Below are positions 32,826 through 42,213 of a stretch of DNA of 64,000 nt, in pieces (the first letter of the stretch is position 1; each line of letters opens with the position of its first letter). The stretch is from the IMG/VR virus record IMGVR_UViG_3300028275_000007; one strand, written 5' to 3'. The notes beneath the pieces are model-generated. The model worked only from the letters and a program-made list of their open reading frames with translations, had not been told where the DNA came from and ran no database searches. The translations under genes and the position numbers were made by a program. The stretch comes from a virus. Taxonomy: Duplodnaviria; Caudoviricetes.

Positions 32826-33959
32826 ATGCTCAAAATGTCTTTATCTATTAATCCTCTTGCTCAATTGGTATCAAACATATCGCAGAGCGTTTCACAGGCT
32901 TCAAACGAAGCTGGCTCTGCAATGACTAGTTCTTTTTCTGAGCTATCGAAAATTGATTTAAACAGTAAAATTTCTTCCTTGTCGGGAGAAATTGGGTCAG
33001 GACTTAACGGGCTAACAGGAAATATTAAAAGTTTAGCAGGAAGTGCTTCCGGATCACTAGGTGGTATTTCTGGTTTAGGAAACATTTCGTCTGAAGTCCA
33101 GAGTAAGGTTGGAGGAGCAATTAATTCTTTGCAATCTGTAGCAGGTTCGACTAGTAACATAGCAGCAGACATCTCCGGGGGGTTAAACAAATTAGCTGGA
33201 GGTTCTGTTGGCGGCGGCCTAATGGCATTAGCAACAGGAATTAGTAAGACAGCTGGAATGCTCAACAATATACTTAGTCTAAAGCGAGGAGCAAACATTC
33301 CATCGGGAGCAGATGCATTTGTTAAACAAGGCACGGCTATAAAATTAAACACAAATCCTGGAAATGATTGGCGTGTAAGAATTAATTGCCAATGGAATAC
33401 TTTTAATAGTCCGATGTTTGAACTTTTAAAAAATACAGGAGGAGTTGTTTGGCCTTATAATCCAAATATAACTGTATCAACAAAGGCAGAATACAATTCT
33501 CAAAGTATGATTCACAGTAACTACCAAGTACACTCTTACAAAAATAGTGTTGTGGATGATATTCAGATTAGTGGAGATTTTACCTGCGAAACAGAATCTG
33601 ATGCAGCATATTGGATTGCAGCAACTACATTCTTTAAAACAGCAACTAAAATGTTCTTTGGTCAAGGAGCATACGCAGGAAATCCACCGTTGGTATGTAA
33701 TTTATCTGGTTACGGTGCTAGTGTTTTTGATAACATTCCTGTAATTGTAAAATCTTTTTCGGTAGACTTAAAAGACGATGTAAACTACATTCACTGCGAC
33801 AAGTGGAAAACAAATACGTGGGTTCCTGTTGTTAGCACTATAACAGTAACCGTTGCTCCTATATACAGCAGACAGCGTCTACGTCAATTCAGTTTACAAG
33901 ATTACGCCAGTGGCGGAATGTCTATGAAGGCCAGTGGCGGTGGTGTAGGATATCTATAA
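32826..33959 (+). CDS. Baseplate tail-tube initiator/cap-like protein (gp48/gp54-like) with a Ser/Gly-rich N-terminal half
   Basis: C-terminal tube-fold pattern DWRVRI...GVVWPYNPNIT...IQISGDFT...NPPLVCNLSGYG...IPVIVKSFSVDL; first gene of the baseplate operon. Confidence 0.6.
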   Translation: MLKMSLSINPLAQLVSNISQSVSQASNEAGSAMTSSFSELSKIDLNSKISSLSGEIGSGLNGLTGNIKSLAGSASGSLGGISGLGNISSEVQSKVGGAINSLQSVAGSTSNIAADISGGLNKLAGGSVGGGLMALATGISKTAGMLNNILSLKRGANIPSGADAFVKQGTAIKLNTNPGNDWRVRINCQWNTFNSPMFELLKNTGGVVWPYNPNITVSTKAEYNSQSMIHSNYQVHSYKNSVVDDIQISGDFTCETESDAAYWIAATTFFKTATKMFFGQGAYAGNPPLVCNLSGYGASVFDNIPVIVKSFSVDLKDDVNYIHCDKWKTNTWVPVVSTITVTVAPIYSRQRLRQFSLQDYASGGMSMKASGGGVGYL

Positions 33960-33960
33960 T

Positions 33961-34260
33961 ATGGCAAAATATTCTAAAACAAGTCCTTGGTTAACTACTC
34001 CTCAGAATTCTTTATATATGGAATTGCTGAACATTCGACCTGTTCCAGCAGAAGCAGATGATTTTCGTTATATTATAGAAAATCAATATAAACACAGACC
34101 TGATTTGTTAGCATACGATGTATACGGCGATGCTAAGTTATGGTGGGTTTTCGTTCAAAGAAATATGAGCGTGTTAAAAGATCCAATTTACGATTTTACT
34201 CCTGGAACAACAATCTATCTTCCTAAAAAAACTAACTTAGAAAAATTCTTAGGAGTCTAA
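33961..34260 (+). CDS. Baseplate wedge gp53/LysM-like protein
   Basis: YKHRPDLLAYDVYGDAKLWWVF...DPIYDFTPGTTIYLP. Confidence 0.75.
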   Translation: MAKYSKTSPWLTTPQNSLYMELLNIRPVPAEADDFRYIIENQYKHRPDLLAYDVYGDAKLWWVFVQRNMSVLKDPIYDFTPGTTIYLPKKTNLEKFLGV

Positions 34261-34262
34261 AT

Positions 34263-36704
34263 ATGGCATCTATTTTAGATTATCTTGGAAAAGCATTAGA
34301 AGTAAAAAAGCCCGACGGTACTCCTATTATTCCTAACCCTGTAAATTCTACTATTAACATAGGGTCAGTATCTAATATTACAAATTTAGTTGCAGGCGGT
34401 GCAACAAACTTTTTAAGAAACGGGCAATCATCAATACTTCCTGATACAAAAACTACAGCGGGTAGTGCAGTTCCTAATTTGCCAAATGTTAAACCAAACC
34501 CAATGGAACAATTTGCTTCTGTTAATGTGTTATGGACATTGGCTTGTTTAACTCCTGCACAATTTAATAACCCGTCGTCATATAGAAATTCACCAGCCGA
34601 TTTAAAAAACATTGTATTTTCTTCAGCTGGAAGATTTGATGAACAACGTGTAAAAACATTTTATGGTACACCTGAATATTATGTTAATAATTTTCAAATG
34701 AAATGTATTATTGGTTCAACTGAAAAAACAGGAAACAGTAATGCTATTAAATTTGAATTTGACATCTACGAACCCTACAGTATGGGATTACTTTTACAAA
34801 GTATGCAGGTTGCCGCAGTAAACTCTGGCTATGCAAATTATCTAGACAATACTCCATATTTGTTAAAAATGGACATTCAAGGTTTTGACGAATTAGGAGT
34901 TTCAATCAAAGCTGTTAAATCGAAATATTTTACACTAAAATTGGTTTCTATGAAATTTAGTGTAAACGAGGGAGGAAGCAGCTATAAAGTAGAAGGTATT
35001 CCATACAACCATCAAGGTTTTTCAGACGCAATGAATACAACTTTCAAAGATATAAAAATCTTTGGAAAACAAAATGGTGTAGGTAATGTAGTTGAAGTAC
35101 TAAGCACAGGAGATAAAAGTCTTGCAGCAGTATTAAATGATAATGAATATAGATTAAAAAAAGAACAGCAGATTAAGGAACAAGACGAATACCATATTGA
35201 GTTCCCTATACTTGCCAGCGACCTGTATTCGACCGCAGGCAATCCTCCTAAGACAAATCGAGCAACAGTTAATCCTGCAATGACTGAACAGCAAAGGATG
35301 TTAGCAGAACAAACAGCAGACTTTGAAGAAGCAGATAGTAAACCAGTTAATCCTATTGGGCTTGCTAGCTTAGGATTTGATCAAACTAGAGGCGGTAATC
35401 ATATTTTTAAACGTGCTCAAGATCAGTATGATCCAAAGACTGGTGTTGTTAAACGAGATAATATGACCATTGATCCTAAGTTGAGAGCATTTCATTTTTC
35501 ACAGGATCAAACTTTAACTTCAATTATAAATCAAATTGTGCTTAGTTCTAATTATGCATCAGATGCAATATCAAAAGCTAATCTAACCCCAGAAGGTTAT
35601 ATTAAATGGTTTAAACTAGATGTACAAATGAAATTGTTAAACTATGACGATTTAATTGGAGATTATGCAAAAAAAATAACATATAGAGTTGTTCCTTATT
35701 TCGTGCATCAATCTATATTTGCAAATCCGTCAGCAGCACCTGTTGGTTATGCTGAACTACAAAAGAGTGTATGTAAACATTATCAATATATCTACACAGG
35801 TCAGAACGTTGATATATTAAAATTTGACATAAACATTAACAATTTATTTTTTACAGGGGCAAATCCTTCTCCTGAAAGCAAGGCTGCAACAACAGCCAAC
35901 CAAGACCAACAAGGGCCTGCTGAAAGAACTAACAGTTCTACAAAAAGCGGGCAAGGTCAAGATGCCAGCGCACAGGCAGCTCCAATGGGCAGAGCTAGGA
36001 AAAAAAGAGATCCTAAATTACTTGAAGGACTTAAAGGTGGTGCAGGATCTAAATCAACTGAACAGAATGTTGCTGAAAACTTTCAATATGCTTTCCTTTC
36101 TGGAAATAGTGCAGACTTAGTTACTGTTGATTTGGAAATCCTTGGCGATCCGTATTGGTTGGTTGACAGCGGTATGGGAGGATATTTTTCCGGAGCTCCC
36201 AGCGAAACTTCTCAGATTACAAACGATGGTACAATGAACTACGAAAGTGGAAACGTCTATGTATATCTAACATTTAGAACACCGTCTGATGTAAATGAAA
36301 CCACAGGCTTATACGATTTTTCAATTGCAGGAAAAGAAAGTCCGTTCGGTGGTATATATCGTGTTAATATGGTAGAAAATTACTTTTCAGATGGATTTTG
36401 GAAACAGAAATTAAAATGTTTAAGAATGCCAGGACCACAGGGACCTGAGATTAATTCTGTAACAGGTGATACACCTGGACCAATTTCTAGAACAGATAAC
36501 CAAGCTACTGAGATTAGTGATGCTGAGCCTAAAGATACATCAGTTGTTGACGATGCTGCATCATCGTCAAATTCAACAACAGATACAGCAACCGCTAATG
36601 GAAATACTGGACAATCTGGGCAAACTACACAAACCGTGACAACATCTAACAAAACAAAACCTGTTGCTGGTTACAGATATTATAGAGACCTAGGACAACA
36701 ATAA
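34263..36704 (+). CDS. Baseplate hub-like protein (813 aa)
   Basis: Located between the gp53-like and gp5 genes; C-terminal LEILGDPYWL...GIYRVNMVENYFSDGFWKQKLKCLR pattern typical of hub proteins. Confidence 0.55.
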   Translation: MASILDYLGKALEVKKPDGTPIIPNPVNSTINIGSVSNITNLVAGGATNFLRNGQSSILPDTKTTAGSAVPNLPNVKPNPMEQFASVNVLWTLACLTPAQFNNPSSYRNSPADLKNIVFSSAGRFDEQRVKTFYGTPEYYVNNFQMKCIIGSTEKTGNSNAIKFEFDIYEPYSMGLLLQSMQVAAVNSGYANYLDNTPYLLKMDIQGFDELGVSIKAVKSKYFTLKLVSMKFSVNEGGSSYKVEGIPYNHQGFSDAMNTTFKDIKIFGKQNGVGNVVEVLSTGDKSLAAVLNDNEYRLKKEQQIKEQDEYHIEFPILASDLYSTAGNPPKTNRATVNPAMTEQQRMLAEQTADFEEADSKPVNPIGLASLGFDQTRGGNHIFKRAQDQYDPKTGVVKRDNMTIDPKLRAFHFSQDQTLTSIINQIVLSSNYASDAISKANLTPEGYIKWFKLDVQMKLLNYDDLIGDYAKKITYRVVPYFVHQSIFANPSAAPVGYAELQKSVCKHYQYIYTGQNVDILKFDININNLFFTGANPSPESKAATTANQDQQGPAERTNSSTKSGQGQDASAQAAPMGRARKKRDPKLLEGLKGGAGSKSTEQNVAENFQYAFLSGNSADLVTVDLEILGDPYWLVDSGMGGYFSGAPSETSQITNDGTMNYESGNVYVYLTFRTPSDVNETTGLYDFSIAGKESPFGGIYRVNMVENYFSDGFWKQKLKCLRMPGPQGPEINSVTGDTPGPISRTDNQATEISDAEPKDTSVVDDAASSSNSTTDTATANGNTGQSGQTTQTVTTSNKTKPVAGYRYYRDLGQQ

Positions 36705-38314
36705 TGGCAGAATTACAAAGACCCTCAGCAGAAAATGAAGGACGTTCCGGTACTCTTGGTAACGGAATATATCTTGCGAGGGTTATTAGTCATTTAGATC
36801 CTACGTTTATGGGATCTTTAGAAGTTAATTTATTAAAAGACCAAGCAAATACCTCCGGCGAAGATGCCGAAACGTATATTGTAAAATATGCTCCGCCGTT
36901 CTTTGGCCATACACCTTTTGAGTTTATGGGTAAGAATGATGGCGCCAGTTCAACAATTGACGGATATAACGACACACAAAAATCTTATGGTATGTGGTTT
37001 GTGCCTCCAGACATTGGTGTTAACGTTTTAGTATTATTTTTAAACGGAGATCCTGCTCAAGGATTTTGGTTTGCCTGCGCACCTGGTAGATACATTAATA
37101 ATATGGTTCCAGCTATTGCTGGATCAACTGAAAATTCTTTAGATGCTACAGATAAAGCACGATACGGTCCAATGAAATCCTTAGATGGTAAACCGTTGCC
37201 GTTGCCAGTTGCAGAAATTAACAAACGTCTAAATGCAGATAAAGACCAAGAAATTAATCCGGAAAAAATTAAAAAAGTTGTACATCCTATTGCCGATAGA
37301 TTCTTAGAACAAGGTTTATTAGAAGACGATGTTAGAGGAGTTGTTAATTCGTCTCCACGAAGAGAAGCACCATCTATGGTATTTGGTATTTCAACACCAG
37401 GACCAGTTGATAGACGAACTAATGCTAAGAAAGCAAAAGTAGGAAAATCAGATAGTCAGTCGGACCCTGTACCAGTCAGTCGTTTAGGCGGAACACAAAT
37501 TGTAATGGATGATGGAGATGATAGATATCATCGAGCAACAGCAGCAGCAGATGGTCCTGTAAAATATATTGACTTATTAAACGACAAAGAAAAATATGAA
37601 CCGGAAGTTCCTTACGGAGAATATTTTAGAATTAGGACCAGAACTGGTCACCAGTTGTTAATGCATAATTCTGAAGATATCATTTATATTGCTAATGCAA
37701 GAGGAACAGCTTGGATTGAAATGACCAGTAATGGTAAAATTGATATCTATGCCCAAGACAGCATCAGCATTCATACACAAAATGATTTAAATCTACGTGC
37801 TGATAGAGATATCAATTTTGAGTGTGGCCGCAATATGAACTTTAGAACAGAGACAGGAAAGTGGCACGCTGAAATAGGCTCAGATATGGAGTTTTTAATT
37901 AATAAGGATGCAAAACTGACCGTAGGATCTAATCTAGATATTCTTATTGGTGCTGCAACAAAATTTTCTACAAACACTAACTTTGATATTGCTGCCGGTG
38001 GTGAACTTAGAGTTAGTTCTACCGGAGATTTAAGCATAGGTTCTGGAGCACAAATTATAGAAACGGCTCCAACAATCCACTTAAACGATACAACTAATGC
38101 AACACCTGCAGAAGTTGCAGATTTTGTTAAACCATACGACCTAAGAGATAACCCTGCAACAAGTACAACATCTAGTTGGGAAACTAAAAAGTATCAAGCT
38201 GGGGTTGTTCAGAGCTTTATGAAACGCATACCGATGCACGAACCTTGGGCCTTGCACGAGAATCAAGCACCAGAACAATTGACTCCAGATAAAACAGATA
38301 GGGATGCAGACTAA
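36704..38314 (+). CDS. gp5: Baseplate central spike (gp5/VgrG-like) without a lysozyme domain
   Basis: OB-fold region (LARVISHLDPTFMGSLEV...YGMWFVPPDIGVNVLVLF), RIRTRTGHQLLMHNSEDIIYI and short beta-helix repeats. Confidence 0.75.
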   Translation: MAELQRPSAENEGRSGTLGNGIYLARVISHLDPTFMGSLEVNLLKDQANTSGEDAETYIVKYAPPFFGHTPFEFMGKNDGASSTIDGYNDTQKSYGMWFVPPDIGVNVLVLFLNGDPAQGFWFACAPGRYINNMVPAIAGSTENSLDATDKARYGPMKSLDGKPLPLPVAEINKRLNADKDQEINPEKIKKVVHPIADRFLEQGLLEDDVRGVVNSSPRREAPSMVFGISTPGPVDRRTNAKKAKVGKSDSQSDPVPVSRLGGTQIVMDDGDDRYHRATAAADGPVKYIDLLNDKEKYEPEVPYGEYFRIRTRTGHQLLMHNSEDIIYIANARGTAWIEMTSNGKIDIYAQDSISIHTQNDLNLRADRDINFECGRNMNFRTETGKWHAEIGSDMEFLINKDAKLTVGSNLDILIGAATKFSTNTNFDIAAGGELRVSSTGDLSIGSGAQIIETAPTIHLNDTTNATPAEVADFVKPYDLRDNPATSTTSSWETKKYQAGVVQSFMKRIPMHEPWALHENQAPEQLTPDKTDRDAD

Positions 38315-38316
38315 TT

Positions 38317-38754
38317 ATGGGAACAAAAATTTATAATCAAAAAACAGTTGCAACATCAAATGCACAAGTTACTACTAATTACGGAACTTTTACCTATAGG
38401 GGATTTAGTTCTTCAAACGGAGCAAAAAATTATAAACTTTATGACATTGATCTAGTTAAACAAGATCTAATAAATCATTTTTATATCCGCAAAGGAGAAA
38501 AATTAGAAAACCCAGAGTTTGGTACAGTCATCTGGGATATGTTATTTGAGCAGTTCACTGAAGAAGTTAAAAAAATTATTGCAAAAGACGTCGAAGATAT
38601 TATCAATTACGATCCTAGAATAGCAGTTAATGAGATTCAAATCGATACTACAGATCAAGGAATAAGAATTCAAGCAGATATCGTTTACGTTCCATTTAAT
38701 ATTAGTGAGCGTATGACGTTTAATTTTGATAAAAACAATTCTATCATAGTATAA
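38317..38754 (+). CDS. gp25: Baseplate wedge protein, gp25 family
   Basis: DLVKQDLINHFYIRKGEKLENPEFGTVIWDMLFE...IINYDPRI. Confidence 0.9.
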   Translation: MGTKIYNQKTVATSNAQVTTNYGTFTYRGFSSSNGAKNYKLYDIDLVKQDLINHFYIRKGEKLENPEFGTVIWDMLFEQFTEEVKKIIAKDVEDIINYDPRIAVNEIQIDTTDQGIRIQADIVYVPFNISERMTFNFDKNNSIIV

Positions 38755-38775
38755 AATACCCACATAATTTTTATG

Positions 38776-38782
38776 GTAAATA
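38776..38782 (+). promoter_or_regulatory. Late promoter variant (GTAAATA)
   Basis: Intergenic, 18 nt upstream of the gp6 ATG. Confidence 0.55.
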
Positions 38783-38800
38783 TTGGTATAGGGATAGGAA

Positions 38801-41800
38801 ATGACTACTACAAGCAGACAAAATAATTTAATTCTAAACCAAGACTGGACTAGAATATATCAGACATTTAAAAATGCGGATTTCAAATCTTACGACTTTG
38901 AAAATCTACGCCGCGTTATCATCACGTATCTGCGTGAAAACTACCCAGAAGATTTTAACGATTATATCGAATCTAGCGAATATATGGCGCTTATTGACGC
39001 TATTGCATTCTTAGGTCAAAGCCTATCCTTCCGCATTGATCTTGCTAGCCGTGAGAATTTTATTGAACTTGCGGAAACAAAAGAAAGCGTGTTAAGGATT
39101 GCTCGTATGCTTTCCTATAACGCTAAAAGAAATATAGCTGCTAGCGGTCTGTTAAAATTTACATCAGTGACTACTACAGATAGTATTGTTGACAGCAACG
39201 GAAAAAATCTTTCGCAACAGGTTATTTCTTGGAATGACCCAACAAACACTAACTGGTTAGAACAGTTTATTCTAGTTTTAAATTCTGCAATGGCAGATAA
39301 CACAGAGTTTGGTCGAAGCCAAGGATCTGCTACAATTCAAGGAATTCCAACAGAACAGTATCGTTTTAGAACAACCACTGCTGACGTTCCTTTGTTTTCT
39401 TTTAGTAAATCTGTTGCTTCTAGAGGAATGCCTTTTGAGATAGTTTCTACAGCATTTGCTAACAGTGAAAATATCTACGAAGAACCACCAGTGCCGGGCA
39501 ACCAGTTAGGTTTTGTTTATCGTAATGATAGCACTGGACCTGGTTCAGCAAATACTGGATTCTTTTTAATGTTTAAACAAGGCACTATGCAACTTGCTGA
39601 TTTTAGCATAGATGCTCCTACTACTAATGAAAAAATTGCAGTTGATGCAAATAACATTAATAACAACGATGTTTGGTTATTTTCTTTAAATGCAGCCGGA
39701 GCCCAATTAGAAGAATGGACAAAAGTTTCAAGCCTTGTTGGAAATAATATTGCTTATAATAGTGTTAATCAGAACGTTAGAAATATCTATGCAGTCAACA
39801 CAAAAGAAAATGATAACATTGATTTAGTGTTTGCTGACGGAGTCTATGGTAATTTGCCACAAGGCCCTTTTAGAGTTTATTATAGAACCAGCAACGGATA
39901 TAGATATACAATTTATCCAAACGATTTGCGAGGAATCAACATAAGCATTAATTATGTAAATGCTTCTGGCGTTGCTCATACTCTAACAATCGGGTTGGCA
40001 CTACAGTCAACTATCACTAATTCTGCTGCTTCAGAAGATATCGATACAATTAGAACAAATGCTCCTGCTGTATATTATACACAGAATCGTATGATTACCG
40101 CAGAAGATTATAATCTAGCACCGTTAACTAGTTCTCAAAATATTTTAAAAGTAAAATCTATTAATAGAACTTCTAGCGGAATATCTAGAAACTACGATAT
40201 CATCGATGCGTCTGGAAAATACAGTTCAGTTAATGTATTTGCTAATGACGGTTATATCTATAAAGAAGAAACAGAAGAAACTTTAACTTTTAAATTTAAT
40301 AATAGACTAGACATTATTAATTTTATAAGAGGTTACATCGAGCCTGTGTTTTCTAGTAACGAAGTATATAATTTTTATTTTACAAAATTTGATAAAATTT
40401 TATTCACAGACGATAAAACCGTTTGGGAAGCTGTCACCACAATAACACCAACTGGATACTTTAAAAATACAGTAGATTCATCTTTAACAAAAGTTGGTAG
40501 CTATTCTACTAACCTATTAAAATATTTTTATGTAGGATCTCTTATCAAGTTTGTACCAGAAGAAGGCAAAGCATTTAAAAACGGAGAAATGGTAGCAGCA
40601 GATCCTACAGATCCTTTACAGACTAATATGATATGGGCAGAGGCTGTTAAAATTACTGGAGATGGCACAAACACAGGAAGGGGTGCTTTGACTAACGGAT
40701 TGGGACCTATTGTATTAAACAAAACAGTTCCAACAGGAGCCATTGCTTCAAGAATTATTCCTAGATTTATAAACGATTTAAATGTTTCTTTAGAAAACGA
40801 AATAGTAAATCAAGCATATCAAAATTTAAATTTTGGCTTGAGATACGATGTTGAAACACTACAATGGTCGATTATAACATCATCTAATTTAAACTTAATT
40901 GATAATTTTACTCTAGGCAAATCTGGTGATATTTCAAACACCGGAGTCGACTCGTCATGGATTGTTGCTTTTGTAAAAGAGGCTGACAGCTATACTGTTA
41001 GAGTAAGAAAGTTAAATTACATATTTGGAAGTTTACAACAAAATAGATTTTATTTTGATGCCAACGAAAAACGTTACAATGATCAAACAGGCAATGTTGT
41101 CAAAGATACAGTTACAGTTTTAGGTATCAATACATCGAGTGATTTTATAACTGAATTAAAACAAGATGTTTCTTTTGAAATTAGTGATACTATAAAATTT
41201 GATGATGGATATGAAAGTACTTCAGAAATTAAATTATCATTCTATGATTCTAACAGTGATGGAATAATTGATAATCCTGAATCTTTTGAAACAATTGTGG
41301 GCGACGATCAGTCTTTAAATTATTTGTTTTTTAAACAGTCTGTTGATCAGTACGGAACAGTTTACTACTCATTAATTGATAATTCAATTAACTCTGTGTT
41401 AGTTTTAGAAAAAGAATCAGTTGTTGATATTAACGATACTGCAACTTATCCAGACGGACAACTTATATATTTCTATGATGTTGACGAGGACGTGATTAAA
41501 CAAGTTAATAGAACAACAAATACATTAGATCTAGTTACATCCTACAAAGCAGTTTTAGGCCGTCGAAATTTAAAATTCCAGTATGTTCACAATGCTACAA
41601 CTTATCGTAGAATTGATCCTTCATCGAGTAACATTATTGACACATATATGTTGGTAAGATCATATGACGAAGATTACAGAATGTATTTACAGGGCGGAAT
41701 ATCTACAGAACCAACTCCACCAGATACAGAAGTATTAAGAACTACGTTTGGCGGAACATTGTCTGCGATTAAATCTCTCAGCGACGAAATAGTTTACCAT

Positions 41801-42208
41801 TCAGCCAAATATAAAGTATTGTTTGGATCTAAAGCTGATCCAAAATTACAAGCAACATTTAAGGTAGTGAAAAACCCAAATAAAACTATTAACGACAATG
41901 ATTTAAAAGTGAGAGTAATAGGTGCAATTAACAATTTCTTTGATATTAACAATTGGGACTTTGGAGATAGATTTTATATGAGCGAATTGACAACTTATAT
42001 TTTAAATTCCTGTGCTCCGGACCTAGCAAATATTGTTATTGTTCCAAAACAAACAAATCAGGTATTCGGAAGTCTTTTTGAGATTCAAAGTAGATCGGAC
42101 GAAATCTTAATTAGTGGTGCAACTGTTGATGATGTTGAAATAGTTTCGGCTATTACAGCAGCTGAATTGGGTGCAAGTATTACAACTATTGTTTCAACAA
42201 CTTATTAA
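38801..42208 (+). CDS. gp6: Baseplate wedge protein, gp6 family (1135 aa)
   Basis: DFKSYDFENLRRVII.YLRENYPEDFNDY.ESSE, ELAETKESVLRIARMLSYNAKR, EDIDTIRTNAP..Y.TQNRMITAEDY. Confidence 0.88.
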   Translation: MTTTSRQNNLILNQDWTRIYQTFKNADFKSYDFENLRRVIITYLRENYPEDFNDYIESSEYMALIDAIAFLGQSLSFRIDLASRENFIELAETKESVLRIARMLSYNAKRNIAASGLLKFTSVTTTDSIVDSNGKNLSQQVISWNDPTNTNWLEQFILVLNSAMADNTEFGRSQGSATIQGIPTEQYRFRTTTADVPLFSFSKSVASRGMPFEIVSTAFANSENIYEEPPVPGNQLGFVYRNDSTGPGSANTGFFLMFKQGTMQLADFSIDAPTTNEKIAVDANNINNNDVWLFSLNAAGAQLEEWTKVSSLVGNNIAYNSVNQNVRNIYAVNTKENDNIDLVFADGVYGNLPQGPFRVYYRTSNGYRYTIYPNDLRGINISINYVNASGVAHTLTIGLALQSTITNSAASEDIDTIRTNAPAVYYTQNRMITAEDYNLAPLTSSQNILKVKSINRTSSGISRNYDIIDASGKYSSVNVFANDGYIYKEETEETLTFKFNNRLDIINFIRGYIEPVFSSNEVYNFYFTKFDKILFTDDKTVWEAVTTITPTGYFKNTVDSSLTKVGSYSTNLLKYFYVGSLIKFVPEEGKAFKNGEMVAADPTDPLQTNMIWAEAVKITGDGTNTGRGALTNGLGPIVLNKTVPTGAIASRIIPRFINDLNVSLENEIVNQAYQNLNFGLRYDVETLQWSIITSSNLNLIDNFTLGKSGDISNTGVDSSWIVAFVKEADSYTVRVRKLNYIFGSLQQNRFYFDANEKRYNDQTGNVVKDTVTVLGINTSSDFITELKQDVSFEISDTIKFDDGYESTSEIKLSFYDSNSDGIIDNPESFETIVGDDQSLNYLFFKQSVDQYGTVYYSLIDNSINSVLVLEKESVVDINDTATYPDGQLIYFYDVDEDVIKQVNRTTNTLDLVTSYKAVLGRRNLKFQYVHNATTYRRIDPSSSNIIDTYMLVRSYDEDYRMYLQGGISTEPTPPDTEVLRTTFGGTLSAIKSLSDEIVYHSAKYKVLFGSKADPKLQATFKVVKNPNKTINDNDLKVRVIGAINNFFDINNWDFGDRFYMSELTTYILNSCAPDLANIVIVPKQTNQVFGSLFEIQSRSDEILISGATVDDVEIVSAITAAELGASITTIVSTTY

Positions 42209-42213
42209 TAATT

